Shown here piece by piece: positions 27,937-37,173 of a stretch of 64,000 nt of DNA (position 1 is the first letter of the stretch; each line of letters begins with the position of its first letter). The stretch lies in NCBI GenBank assembly GCA_963809385.1, contig CAWEJL010000002.1, positions 135,640 to 199,639 on the forward strand. The letters run 5' to 3'. This DNA is from an uncultured Chloroflexia bacterium (GTDB lineage: Bacteria > Chloroflexota > Ktedonobacteria > Ktedonobacterales > JADMIN01). The translations under genes were made by a program, and so were the position numbers. The notes beneath the pieces were generated by a model that was given only the letters and a program-made list of their open reading frames with translations, searched no databases and was not told where the DNA came from.

Positions 27937-29286
27937 ATGGGCGCAGGAGAAGACGGCGGCGTGATCTATCACGGCGCCCTGCTGACGCTGCTAACGAGAC
28001 GGGCGGTGGGGCCGGATGGCGGTGATCGACTGTATGAAATCGTCGAGCACCCACCAGCGGTCGCGGTGGTCGCCGTGTGGCGCAGAGATGGCCAGCAGCC
28101 GGAGGTCGCGCTGGTGCGGCAGCCGCGCCCGGCGATTGGCGGCGAAACGTGGGAGTTGCCAGCGGGCATGACCCGCGCGGGAGGCGCCGAGACGCTGGAA
28201 GAGGCCGCGCGCCGCGAGCTCCGCGAGGAGACGGGCGCGGAGGGCGGCGTCTGGTCGCAACTGGGACAGGTCTACACCTCGCCGGGCTTTACGGATGAGC
28301 GGATCACGCTCTTCCTGGCCGATGACGTCGAGTTGGTCGCGGGCGCGACGCCGGACGCGAGCGAGATCACATCACTCAGCTGGGTCCCGCTACCGGAGGC
28401 GATCCAGCGAGTGGAGCGCGATAGCCAGGCGGACGCCAAGACGACGCTCGGGCTCCTGCTGGCGCGCGACCAGATCGAGCGGCGCGCACGCGCGGAAAAG
28501 GATGGCCCCATGTTTTCACCTGATTCCACGATCCCATTCGCGTCTTCAGCGCCAGTGGAGGGAGCCGCGTCCTCTCGCGACGTCAGCTTCCGGCTGGAGA
28601 ACCTGCTCTTGCAAGAGTACAGCTACGCCAGCTCCACAGCCTATCAGGCGCTGGAAGACCGGGCGCGGATGTTCAATCTGTACCTCGTACTGATTGGCGC
28701 GCTGGCGACCGGCGTCGGGGTAATTACACAGCTTGGACATAGCATCGGCAGCTATGCGCCAGAGATCATCGTATCGCTGCTGGCGATCATGGGCGTCGTG
28801 GGCATCGCGTTCTTCATCAAACTGATTCGCCTGCGGCAGGCGTGGCGCGAAAGCGCGATCACGATGAATATCATCAAAGAGCATTATATCCAGATGTTCA
28901 TCGAGGAGAAGCCGGATGCCGCGCACCTATTCCGCTGGCGGCTGCGGACGATGCCGACGGGTGAAAAGCGCACCAGTATCAGCTTCGTGGTATGCATGAC
29001 CGTTGCGCTGCTGGGCAGCCTGTGCTTTGCCTCCGCCGCGCTGCTGGCGCTGGCGGACTGGGTGGCGCCCGCGTTGGCGTCAGCTGTTCCTGCGCTCACG
29101 GGCATCGCTAACGCGGCGCCGTGGCTCCTAGCGGCGCTCGTCGCCTTCGTCTCATACACCCTGCATCAGATCTACTTCAACCATGAATTCGACCGCAAAC
29201 GCGAGGCCGCCGCGCTGACGAAAGCCGTGAGCGAGGCGGGCCTGCCAGAGAGCATCCTGAAGCCGGGGCCAGCGGCGAACAGCTAG
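27937..29286 (+). CDS. NUDIX hydrolase (ADP-ribose pyrophosphatase-like) fused to an uncharacterised 4-TM C-terminal module
   Basis: Nudix box region WELPAGMTRAGGAETLEEAARRELREETGA plus YTSPGFTDE (ADPRase-like). From about nt 28590 there are four hydrophobic helices. GGAGGGAG lies upstream of ATG 27937. Confidence 0.75.
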   Translation: MGAGEDGGVIYHGALLTLLTRRAVGPDGGDRLYEIVEHPPAVAVVAVWRRDGQQPEVALVRQPRPAIGGETWELPAGMTRAGGAETLEEAARRELREETGAEGGVWSQLGQVYTSPGFTDERITLFLADDVELVAGATPDASEITSLSWVPLPEAIQRVERDSQADAKTTLGLLLARDQIERRARAEKDGPMFSPDSTIPFASSAPVEGAASSRDVSFRLENLLLQEYSYASSTAYQALEDRARMFNLYLVLIGALATGVGVITQLGHSIGSYAPEIIVSLLAIMGVVGIAFFIKLIRLRQAWRESAITMNIIKEHYIQMFIEEKPDAAHLFRWRLRTMPTGEKRTSISFVVCMTVALLGSLCFASAALLALADWVAPALASAVPALTGIANAAPWLLAALVAFVSYTLHQIYFNHEFDRKREAAALTKAVSEAGLPESILKPGPAANS

Positions 29287-29325
29287 GCGACATCACGAGA
29301 GCAGGTAGAGAAATGACGGGAGAGG

Positions 29326-30120
29326 ATGCCTGACATGCCGCTTGATCCAACAACCATGCCCTTCCCGCGCGAGCGCGTGGCCGCCGAGAGCGCGGAAGGC
29401 GGCGCCCAGCGGATGGGGCTGAAAGCGGAAAGCATCCTGATCGAGGAATTCAACTATGCTGGCGTGGTCGCCTATCAGGCCCGCGAGGATAGCGCCAATC
29501 TCATCAATGTGTACCTGCTGGCGACGGGAGCGATGGTGACCGGACTTGGGGTGGCGACGAGCGCCTATTCGGCGACGACGCGCGTGACGGTCGGCTTCAT
29601 CAGCGTGACGGGGCTTCTGATCTATGCGCTCTTCAGCTTCGCCTTCTTCACGCGTCTGCTCGGATTGGAACAAGAGTATCGCGATGGCGCGCAGGCGATG
29701 GGCGTGATCCGCGAGTTCTATATCGCCAGCTTGCGCCCCTCCATGCCAGAGATCGAGCTGGCGTTTCACTGGCGGCTGCGGCGGCGGCCGCGTGGCGCCA
29801 CGCTGGTAGGTGGCTCACCGCTCATCGCGTGGGTCATCGCGCTGCTGGGAGCGTTCTGCATCGCTGGGGCGGTTGGCGAGATACGGCTGCTCAACAGTAT
29901 CCTCGCCAACATCTACGCCCCATACGCCACAGAGTCCGCGCTGGGACAAACAATTCCCTTCTTCTGGGAGTCCCTCCTGGGCTTGATAGCGTTGGGCGCG
30001 CAAATCGCCTACTTTCTGATCGCCGAGCGGCGCTTTCGGCGGCGCGCGCGGGCCGAAGCGGCGGAGCAGGCGGAGCGAATCGAAGCGGCGTTCGTCCATG
30101 AGGCGCGCTCTCGCGCATAG
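29326..30120 (+). CDS. Stand-alone paralog of the 4-TM module of the upstream NUDIX fusion
   Basis: LKAESILIEEFNYAGVVAYQAREDSANLINVYLLATGAMVTGLGV aligns with FRLENLLLQEYSYASSTAYQALEDRARMFNLYLVLIGALATGVGV. AMGVIREFYI...FHWRLRRRP aligns with TMNIIKEHYI...FRWRLRTMP. The likely true start is ATG 29335 (better SD spacing). Confidence 0.6.
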   Translation: MPDMPLDPTTMPFPRERVAAESAEGGAQRMGLKAESILIEEFNYAGVVAYQAREDSANLINVYLLATGAMVTGLGVATSAYSATTRVTVGFISVTGLLIYALFSFAFFTRLLGLEQEYRDGAQAMGVIREFYIASLRPSMPEIELAFHWRLRRRPRGATLVGGSPLIAWVIALLGAFCIAGAVGEIRLLNSILANIYAPYATESALGQTIPFFWESLLGLIALGAQIAYFLIAERRFRRRARAEAAEQAERIEAAFVHEARSRA

Positions 30121-30149
30121 TGGCGCCGTGAGAGAGTGGGTGGTGGACC

Positions 30150-32642
30150 GTGGGGATGATGGCGCTCAAGCCGGTTAGGCCGCTCTTCGGCGGCTACGCG
30201 CTGGTGGCGTTCGTCTGCGCCTGGCTCGCGGGCGACTGGCTCGCGGGTCAGGGGCCTCTGGAGGGGCTGCCGCCCGCGCTGTGGCTCGCGGCGGCGGCGG
30301 GCGGCCTGGCGCTGGCGATTGGGGCCGTGCTAGCGCGCCGCCGCTCCGGCCTTAGTCGGACATGGCGGCAGGCGTGGCGAATCACACTGGCGATGGGCGC
30401 GCTGCTGCTCTGGCTGGGACTGGGCGCGGCGCGCGCGTCCGCCGCCGACCCCGCGCGCGACCCGCTCACCATCGCGCGCTTCGCTGACGGCGCGACGGTC
30501 CAGGCGCAAGGCCAGGTCATCGCCGAGCCAGACGAGCGTGGCGGATACCGTATCCTGACCGTGCGCGTAACCACGATCACGCTCAGGGGCGAGCAGGCGC
30601 AGCCAGCGGCGGGCGATGTGGAGGCGACGGTCTATGGCCCTAATGACTGGTTCGCGCCCGCGTATGGCGATACTATCACGCTTACTGGGGCGCTCAAGCC
30701 GCTGGGAGGGGCCTACGCGCCAGCGGGCGTCGTTGCGCGGATGCCCTCAGCGCGGGCCAGCATCCTGGCGCGGGGTGGCGGGGCGCCGCCGCTGGCGGCG
30801 CTCTACCAGTTGCGCGTATCACTGGCCCAGGCCATCGAGCGCAGCCTGCCTGAGCCAGAGGCCGCGCTGCTGATCGGTATCCTGTTAGGGCTGAAGTCAC
30901 CCGCGCTGCGCGCCCGGCTGCCGCTCTTCATCGCCACCGGGACGATTCATCTGGTCGTGCCGGCCGGGCTCAAGGTCTCGATCCTGGCCGAGCTGACTGG
31001 CCGCGCCGCGCGGCGCCTGGGACCGTGGCCCCAAGCCATTGCCGCGCTGGTAGCCGTTGGCGCCTATGCGGCGCTCGGCGGCGGTGGCCCGGCGGCGGCG
31101 CGCGCGGCGATCATGGGCGCGCTTCTGGCGCTGGCGCCCGCGCTGGGTCGCGGCTATAACGTGTACACCGCGCTGGCGCTGGCCGTCCTCATCATGACAG
31201 GAATCGAGCCGTCGCTGATCGCCGACGCGGGCTTCCAGCTCACCGCACTGGCGACCTTCGCGCTGCCGCTCCTCACGCCTGGTATTCAGGCGGCCCTGCG
31301 CTGGCTGGCGGGGCCACTGGGCAAGCCGCGCATTGCGGAGCCAATCACGGAATCGCTGGCAGTGACGCTGACGGCGCAGGTAGCGACGATTCCCGTGCTG
31401 GCGCTCACCTTTCACGAAGTCTCGCTGGTCGCGCCTCTCGCGAACCTGCTGACCGTGCCGCTGCTGGCGCCGCTGCTGCTGGCGGGCGGCGCGCTGGCGG
31501 CGGTGGCCGCGCTGGGCTGGGCGCCGCTGGCGTTGGGGATGGCCTGGGTTATCTGGCCAGCGCTGGCCTGGGTCAGTGGCGTCATCGCCTGGACGGCTGG
31601 GCTGCCACTGGCGGCGGTGAACGTCACGCAGGCGCCGGTGGCGCTGGCGCCGCTCTACTACGCGGCGCTGATTGGCGCGGTGATCGCGCTGTGGCCCTGG
31701 TTACGCGCCGCGAGCGCCGCGGTGAATGCGGGGCGCCATGGACGGGCGTCGCTGGGGCGGCGGGCGGTGGTGATCGCACTGGCGCTGGCATTGCTGGCCT
31801 CCCTGGGAGCGAGTGTCCCCGCGCTAGCGGCAGGAGGCGCGGCTCATCTCGATTTTCTGGATGTCGGGCCGGGTGGCGCGGCGATTCTGCTGCGTGAGCC
31901 GGGCGGCTTCACGGCGCTGATCGATGGCGGGCCGAGCGGGCCAGTGATCGAGAGCGCGCTGGCGGCGCGGCTGCCGTTCTGGCGGCGTGGCCTCAATTTG
32001 GTGGTCTTGACTGATACACGTGGAGGCGATGCGCGGGGCCTGGATGACGTCGCCACGCACTTCCGCATCACCAATGCGGTAGACGCTGGCATGGCGCATC
32101 CAGGCGTGGAGTATCTGGCCTACCTGGACGCGATGCGGCGCGCGGGAGCTGTCCGCCAGCAGGCGCGGGCGGATAATGTGATCCAACTGGCGGCTGGCGC
32201 CACGCTGACCGCGCTTGCCCCGCCACAGACGCTCTACCCAGCGAACGAGGGCGATTCGCTCGCCAGCGACAATCTCATCCTGCGGCTGGATACGCCCGGC
32301 CTCAGCGCGCTCTTCCTTGGCTCTGCCGATAGCTACGCGCTCGATGCGCTGGCGGGTTCCAGCGAGCCGCTGGCCGCGGATGTGGTGGAGCTTTCGCTGC
32401 CTCGCGGCGCGACGCTGGATCTGTCCGGTCCGCTAGGCGCGGTGCTGGCGGCGGCGCATCCACGCGTGATCGTCATTTGCGATTCGCCAGCGCCCGCGCT
32501 GAAGGGCTTTCCGGCGATTGTAGCGGGCATGGGGCCGAGCGATGAGCAGGTTGCGGCAGCGATTGGCGCGCAAGTCTACCGGGTCAGCGCCGATGGAAAC
32601 ATTGCGCTCAGCGGCGGTCCCCAGGGCTGGTCGCTGGGATGA
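30150..32642 (+). CDS. comEC: ComEC/Rec2-family DNA internalisation channel with degenerate C-terminal metallo-beta-lactamase-like domain
   Basis: 830 aa. The polytopic competence domain (LFIATGTIHLVVPAGLKVSILA) is followed by an MBL-like fold beginning HLDFLDVGPGGAAILL...ALIDGG. GTG start, 29 nt after the previous gene. Confidence 0.8.
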   Translation: MGMMALKPVRPLFGGYALVAFVCAWLAGDWLAGQGPLEGLPPALWLAAAAGGLALAIGAVLARRRSGLSRTWRQAWRITLAMGALLLWLGLGAARASAADPARDPLTIARFADGATVQAQGQVIAEPDERGGYRILTVRVTTITLRGEQAQPAAGDVEATVYGPNDWFAPAYGDTITLTGALKPLGGAYAPAGVVARMPSARASILARGGGAPPLAALYQLRVSLAQAIERSLPEPEAALLIGILLGLKSPALRARLPLFIATGTIHLVVPAGLKVSILAELTGRAARRLGPWPQAIAALVAVGAYAALGGGGPAAARAAIMGALLALAPALGRGYNVYTALALAVLIMTGIEPSLIADAGFQLTALATFALPLLTPGIQAALRWLAGPLGKPRIAEPITESLAVTLTAQVATIPVLALTFHEVSLVAPLANLLTVPLLAPLLLAGGALAAVAALGWAPLALGMAWVIWPALAWVSGVIAWTAGLPLAAVNVTQAPVALAPLYYAALIGAVIALWPWLRAASAAVNAGRHGRASLGRRAVVIALALALLASLGASVPALAAGGAAHLDFLDVGPGGAAILLREPGGFTALIDGGPSGPVIESALAARLPFWRRGLNLVVLTDTRGGDARGLDDVATHFRITNAVDAGMAHPGVEYLAYLDAMRRAGAVRQQARADNVIQLAAGATLTALAPPQTLYPANEGDSLASDNLILRLDTPGLSALFLGSADSYALDALAGSSEPLAADVVELSLPRGATLDLSGPLGAVLAAAHPRVIVICDSPAPALKGFPAIVAGMGPSDEQVAAAIGAQVYRVSADGNIALSGGPQGWSLG

Positions 32643-32664
32643 CGGCGCCCGACCGCGCGCGCGG

Positions 32665-32672
32665 TGTAGAAT
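32665..32672 (+). promoter_or_regulatory. TG-adjacent -10 box TGTAGAAT upstream of the YbjN-domain gene
   Basis: tgtagaat lies 97 nt before ATG 32769. Confidence 0.3.
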
Positions 32673-32768
32673 GCGGAGAGAAGTCAGTTCTCGCGCCGCG
32701 CATGCGCGTCGCCGCATTCCAAACGCGGCTGGACGCTAACTGGGGATGGGGAGAAAGAGGAGCCGTTT

Positions 32769-33239
32769 ATGGGTCGCCTGTACGACACACTCGTCATGTT
32801 CCTGCAGGAGGATGAGTGGAAATTTACGCGGCTGGAGGGCGAGGATACGATAGTGCTGACGTTCAACTGCGCCAACGCGACGTATCTCTGCTATGCCCAG
32901 GCGCGTGAGTCGCAGCAGCAGGTCGTGTTCTATACCATCTATCCGCTCCGGGCTCCAGAGGAGAAACGCGTGCAAGCGGCGGAGTTCACCGCGCGCGTCA
33001 ATTACGGTCTGGTGCTGGGCAATCTGGAACTGGACATGAACGACGGCGAGGTACGCTACAAAACGAGCGCCGATGTTGCCGCGACGCCGTTCACGCTTCC
33101 GTTGCTGCGCTCGCTGATGCAGATCAATCTCTCGACCGCCGACCGGTACTATCCCGCGTTCGCGTCAATGCTCTACGCGGGCGCCACACCCGCCGACGCG
33201 GTGGCGAGCGTGGAGGGGCGCATCCGCTTGCAGGACTGA
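32769..33239 (+). CDS. YbjN-domain protein
   Basis: 156 aa. FLQEDEWKFTRLEGEDTIVLTFNCANATYLCYAQA...VNYGLVLGNLELDMNDGEVRYKTS matches the YbjN-type pattern. AGAGGAG lies 7 nt upstream. Confidence 0.65.
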   Translation: MGRLYDTLVMFLQEDEWKFTRLEGEDTIVLTFNCANATYLCYAQARESQQQVVFYTIYPLRAPEEKRVQAAEFTARVNYGLVLGNLELDMNDGEVRYKTSADVAATPFTLPLLRSLMQINLSTADRYYPAFASMLYAGATPADAVASVEGRIRLQD

Positions 33240-33266
33240 GCGGCGCGCCCTTCCCATCACCTCCCA

Positions 33267-33500
33267 TCACCGCCCACCGAGACGCTCCCAGAGGCCGAGC
33301 CGCCGGAGTTCCTGGCAGGCCTCGAAGCCGAAGACACCGCGGTCAATATGGCTGCCCGCGCGGATGATGATGCCACGCAGCATCTCGATAAGCTCTGACT
33401 TGGTGGCCGGGTCCGTCTCGAAAGGGATATGCTGGGCTAGCCGCTCGATGGCTTGCTGGTCCAGCCAGAGTTGCGAATCACCCACCGGTCGTACCCTCAT
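33267..33500 (-). CDS. Hypothetical small protein
   Basis: 77-aa ORF with globular-looking composition, whereas the overlapping + frame is Ser/Arg noise. No SD motif is seen. Confidence 0.35.
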   Translation of the reverse strand: MRVRPVGDSQLWLDQQAIERLAQHIPFETDPATKSELIEMLRGIIIRAGSHIDRGVFGFEACQELRRLGLWERLGGR

Positions 33501-33655
33501 GCGACGGCGCGGTCAAGCGCCGCCGCGCGTCTCGATCCACTCCACTCCACGCTCGCCTTCGATGGTAGCACGCGATAATGTGCGCGGCAATGGGTCGCAC
33601 AGGGTTGCGCGCCGCCTGGCGCCCGGCCCAATGCTCCTACAGGAGCCGCGCATTC

Positions 33656-33684
33656 TTGACCCTCCTGGGGGTGGCGTGTATGCT
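33656..33684 (+). promoter_or_regulatory. Sigma-70-type promoter TTGACC-N17-TATGCT for the zinc-ribbon membrane protein gene
   Basis: ttgacc at 33656-33661, a 17-nt spacer, tatgct at 33679-33684, about 94 nt before ATG 33778. Confidence 0.5.
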
Positions 33685-33777
33685 GCTTTGGCGGTGGGCC
33701 GCCAGGACCAAGACGCGGGCGCCACCCACCTGAACCAGGTAGAGAGACGCGGACCAGAAGCGGGAGAGGTGTGTTCT

Positions 33778-34950
33778 ATGGAGTGCGACCGTTGCGGCGC
33801 TGAACGGCCTCGAACGGGGCCTTGCCCTGAGTGCGGCGCCCCCCCTCCCGCGCCCTACGGCGCACCTCGTGGGCGCTCACAGCCCGGCGGCCGCTCACAG
33901 CCCGGTGGGCCATCCTCCAGCGGTTCGCGACGCTCCTCAGGTACGAACTGGGGCGGCGGAAGCGGGAGTAGCGGTGGTCGCGGCCTGCTCAGCCGGGGCG
34001 GAAGCCAGGATGACCGCGAGCGGGACGAATGGGATGACGGGCGCCGGGGGCCGGGTCGCTCCAGTGGGCGCCAGTCCAACCCTGGATATGGCTACGATCC
34101 AGATAGCGATTCCCGTGCGCTCATGCCGCAGTATGGCCAGCCAATGCCACCCGCCGCTGAGGATGAGATGGTCTCGATCCCCGGCTTCCCACAAACGGAT
34201 GAGGAAGAACGGGCGATTGGTATGCGACGCCCCGCGTACATCCCCGCCACCGAAGAGAAGCGCAAGCGTAAGCTCAGCTCCTGGCGCGTGATAAGCGGCG
34301 TGCTGAGCATCATGGTCGTCTGCGTGGCGTCGTGCGCGGGAGTCGGGTTCGTGGGACAGCAAAAGATCGCGAGCCTGCTCCCTGGCCCGATTTCAAAGAT
34401 CTTCAACCCGCCAGCGGTGGACATTAGTCAGGTGCCCACGACGCCAGTCTCGACGCCTGGGCCCGCCGCGAAGAACATCACCTCGCTCATCACCGCCCGA
34501 AACGTGGACGCGTCGTATAACGCGTCGGATGTCACATCATACTTTGTCGTGAAATCTACCGTGTACGCGGTGATGACCATCGTCGGTGTGTCGCAGAATC
34601 AACCGAACAAGCTGTCCTGCGATTGGTACCTGAACGACCTCAATTTCAATCTGAACACGGGAACGTCGTATACCGTGCAACCCACCAAAGCCACAAATTA
34701 CCACGCTATCTGCTCGCTGCCATATAATCAGATTGGCGTGGGCATGGTGCGTGTCTACTGGAACCGTCCCGCGAACGACACCAGCGAGAGCCCGACGGAT
34801 CCGTATCTGGCCCAGACGATCAAGTTCGCGGTGCTGAACCAGTTGCCCGGCACAGCGACGCCTGGCTCCGGTACCCCAAGCCCCAAGAAATCATCGCTCG
34901 GCGCGTGGCCGGGAGTAGCCTGGCGCGAGACGCGAAATAGCGCGGGATGA
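33778..34950 (+). CDS. Zinc-ribbon membrane protein with disordered linker and extracytoplasmic beta-rich domain
   Basis: MECDRCGAERPRTGPCPECGAPP (CxxC...CxxC), Gly/Ser/Arg-rich linker, one TM (WRVISGVLSIMVVCVASCAGVGFV). ATG 33778 follows GGGAGAGG. A strong promoter-like element lies at 33656-33684. Confidence 0.6.
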   Translation: MECDRCGAERPRTGPCPECGAPPPAPYGAPRGRSQPGGRSQPGGPSSSGSRRSSGTNWGGGSGSSGGRGLLSRGGSQDDRERDEWDDGRRGPGRSSGRQSNPGYGYDPDSDSRALMPQYGQPMPPAAEDEMVSIPGFPQTDEEERAIGMRRPAYIPATEEKRKRKLSSWRVISGVLSIMVVCVASCAGVGFVGQQKIASLLPGPISKIFNPPAVDISQVPTTPVSTPGPAAKNITSLITARNVDASYNASDVTSYFVVKSTVYAVMTIVGVSQNQPNKLSCDWYLNDLNFNLNTGTSYTVQPTKATNYHAICSLPYNQIGVGMVRVYWNRPANDTSESPTDPYLAQTIKFAVLNQLPGTATPGSGTPSPKKSSLGAWPGVAWRETRNSAG

Positions 34951-34971
34951 GCGCACGCTGGCGCGACGCGC

Positions 34972-36087
34972 ATGGAGGCGAGTGTGGGAGCGTTCGATGA
35001 CCGTTTGCCGCCGCGCGGCCCGCTGAATGGCGCGCGCGGCGGTGAAAGCTGGGATGACTGGGACCCCACAAACGCGCGTCGTGGCTATACCGCGCAGATC
35101 GGCGCGCTGCGCGGCCTCGGCGCTCCGTCGCGCAACCCGATTGACTTGCCAGAGCCTACCCTGGCGCGTGTCCCAAACGGCGAGGCGGCGCCGCTGAGTC
35201 CCGCCGCGCTCGCCCTGAGCGCCCGCGCCGACACGGAGGACTATCTGACCGTCACGTATGACGTGCGCGAGGCGGGTTTCGCGGAGCTCTACGACGCGGT
35301 GATCCAGCCACAGTGGTCGGTCCCCTTCGGGCGGCTGCTGCTGAGCGTCTTCCTCACCCTCCCGCGTGACGCTGGCTGGCAGGGGCTGGATGTCGCCTGC
35401 GGCTCTGGCTACCCAACACTGGAGCTTGCGCGCTATACTGGCCAGGACTGCGACATCGCCGGCATTGACGTCTGGGAGGACGCGATCTTGCTAGCGCGGC
35501 GCAAGGCGAGCGAGAACTGGTTGCGAAATGTGTCCTTCCTGGTGGCCGACATCATGAACAGCGGATTGCCCGAGAACTCGTTCGACGCCATCACCTGCAA
35601 CCTGGGGTTGACCAGCTTCTCGGATCGCGCGGCGGCGCTCGACGCGATCCGGCGGCTGACACGGCCGCGCGGGCGTGTGCTCATCACGACGCCTACGCAG
35701 GCGGCGATGCGCGAGTTCCTGGATACCTATTACCTGACGCTGCGCGATCTCAAACTAGGCGATTATCAGCGCGCGTTCGGGCAGCAGGTGGCGATGCGCC
35801 CGACAACCGACGGCGTGAAGTCCCTGCTGGAGCGAGCCGGATTCCAGATCGAGCGCGTCGTGACCGATACGTTTACGCTGCGCTTCCCAACACCGCGGGC
35901 GTTTCTGCGCTCGCCGCTGATCCAGACGACGTTCATGGCGGGCTGGCGCGGAATCATCCCCGACCTGACCGTCCGCCGGCTGGTGTTCAATGAGGTGGAG
36001 CGGCGGCTGGAGGCGCGCACGGCGGCGAACGGCGGCGAGTTGACGATGACCGTGCCGATGGTATGCGTGGTCGGGCTGCGCGTCTAA
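34972..36087 (+). CDS. Class I SAM-dependent methyltransferase
   Basis: Motif I GLDVACGSGYPTLELA, then the acidic loop GIDVWED and post-motif FDAITCNLGL. The ~110-aa N-terminal extension is unassigned. Confidence 0.7.
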   Translation: MEASVGAFDDRLPPRGPLNGARGGESWDDWDPTNARRGYTAQIGALRGLGAPSRNPIDLPEPTLARVPNGEAAPLSPAALALSARADTEDYLTVTYDVREAGFAELYDAVIQPQWSVPFGRLLLSVFLTLPRDAGWQGLDVACGSGYPTLELARYTGQDCDIAGIDVWEDAILLARRKASENWLRNVSFLVADIMNSGLPENSFDAITCNLGLTSFSDRAAALDAIRRLTRPRGRVLITTPTQAAMREFLDTYYLTLRDLKLGDYQRAFGQQVAMRPTTDGVKSLLERAGFQIERVVTDTFTLRFPTPRAFLRSPLIQTTFMAGWRGIIPDLTVRRLVFNEVERRLEARTAANGGELTMTVPMVCVVGLRV

Positions 36088-36156
36088 CACCAACGAGGAT
36101 CACACCAGCGCGAGCGGGCGAAGGAACGGGCGAAGAAGCCCAGGAGGTGACCAATC

Positions 36157-37153
36157 GTGGGCGAGCGAAGGCAGGCGACGGTCCATCAACTGGCGGCGCG
36201 TGCGCTGGCGCTCGTGTGTCTGGTGAGTCTAGCGCTCTCCGCCTGCACAACGTCCGCGCAGAATGGAACGCGCGCGGCGGCTGTGGCGCGCGGCGCGGCC
36301 GCGCTCACGGCGTCCGGGCTGACTCAAGCTACCACGCTCACAAGTCCGCCCCCGATCAGCGCCCGCGAAGCCATGCTGTACGACGCCACGACGGGAAAGA
36401 CCCTGATGGCTTTCAACGCGAATCAGGAAACGCCCATGGCCAGCACGACGAAGATCATGACGGCGGTCGTCGCGCTGACCTTCGGAAAACTCGACCAACC
36501 CATCACCGTCGGGCAGGACGCGGTCGCGCTGGACAACCAGGGGACGAGCATCTGCGGGCTACGGCTCGGCGAAATCCTGACGCTGCGCGAGATGCTGTAT
36601 TGCCTGATGCTGCCCTCCGGCGACGACGCGGCGGTGGCCATCGCCGATGGCGTGGGCGGCTCGCAGGCAGGCTTTGTAGCTCTGATGAACCTGGAAGTGG
36701 GGCTGCTGGGCCTCTCCCATACCCACTACGCCAACCCGCATGGTCTGGACCAGCCGGGACACTACACGACCGCCACCGACCTCGTCAAGCTGACTGAGTA
36801 CGCGATGAGCAGCCCGACCTTCGCCATGGTCGTCAAGACCCCGGCGATAACCCTCCCCGAGAATGCGACGCACCACAAATATCTGCTGACCAATACCAAC
36901 GAGCTCCTGGCAAGTGAGCCATTCGCGTATCCCGGCGCGATTGGCGTGAAAACTGGCTATACTGGCGGCGCGGGCTACTGTCTGGTGTTCGTGGCCGCGC
37001 GTCCCGCAGGGAACGTTGATCGGCGTTGTGCTGGGCGAGCCGCTGTATGACGGACGCTTCACCGACGCAACGGCCCTGCTGAACTGGGGCTATGCGCAGC
37101 TTCCAGCGGCGGCGACGACTCCCGCAGCCACCGCGACCGCCAGCGGCGGCTGA
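36157..37153 (+). CDS. D-alanyl-D-alanine carboxypeptidase (S11, DacB-like), apparent frameshift near 37008-37016
   Basis: Lipoprotein-like signal LVCLVSLALSAC, SxxK motif MASTTKIMT, SGDDAA (SxN-equivalent) and KTGYTGGAG (KTG). After 37010 a shifted frame continues LIGVVLGEPLYDGRFTDATALLNWGY to TGA 37151-37153. Confidence 0.75.
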
Positions 37154-37173
37154 GGGAGAGGCTGGCGACGGGG

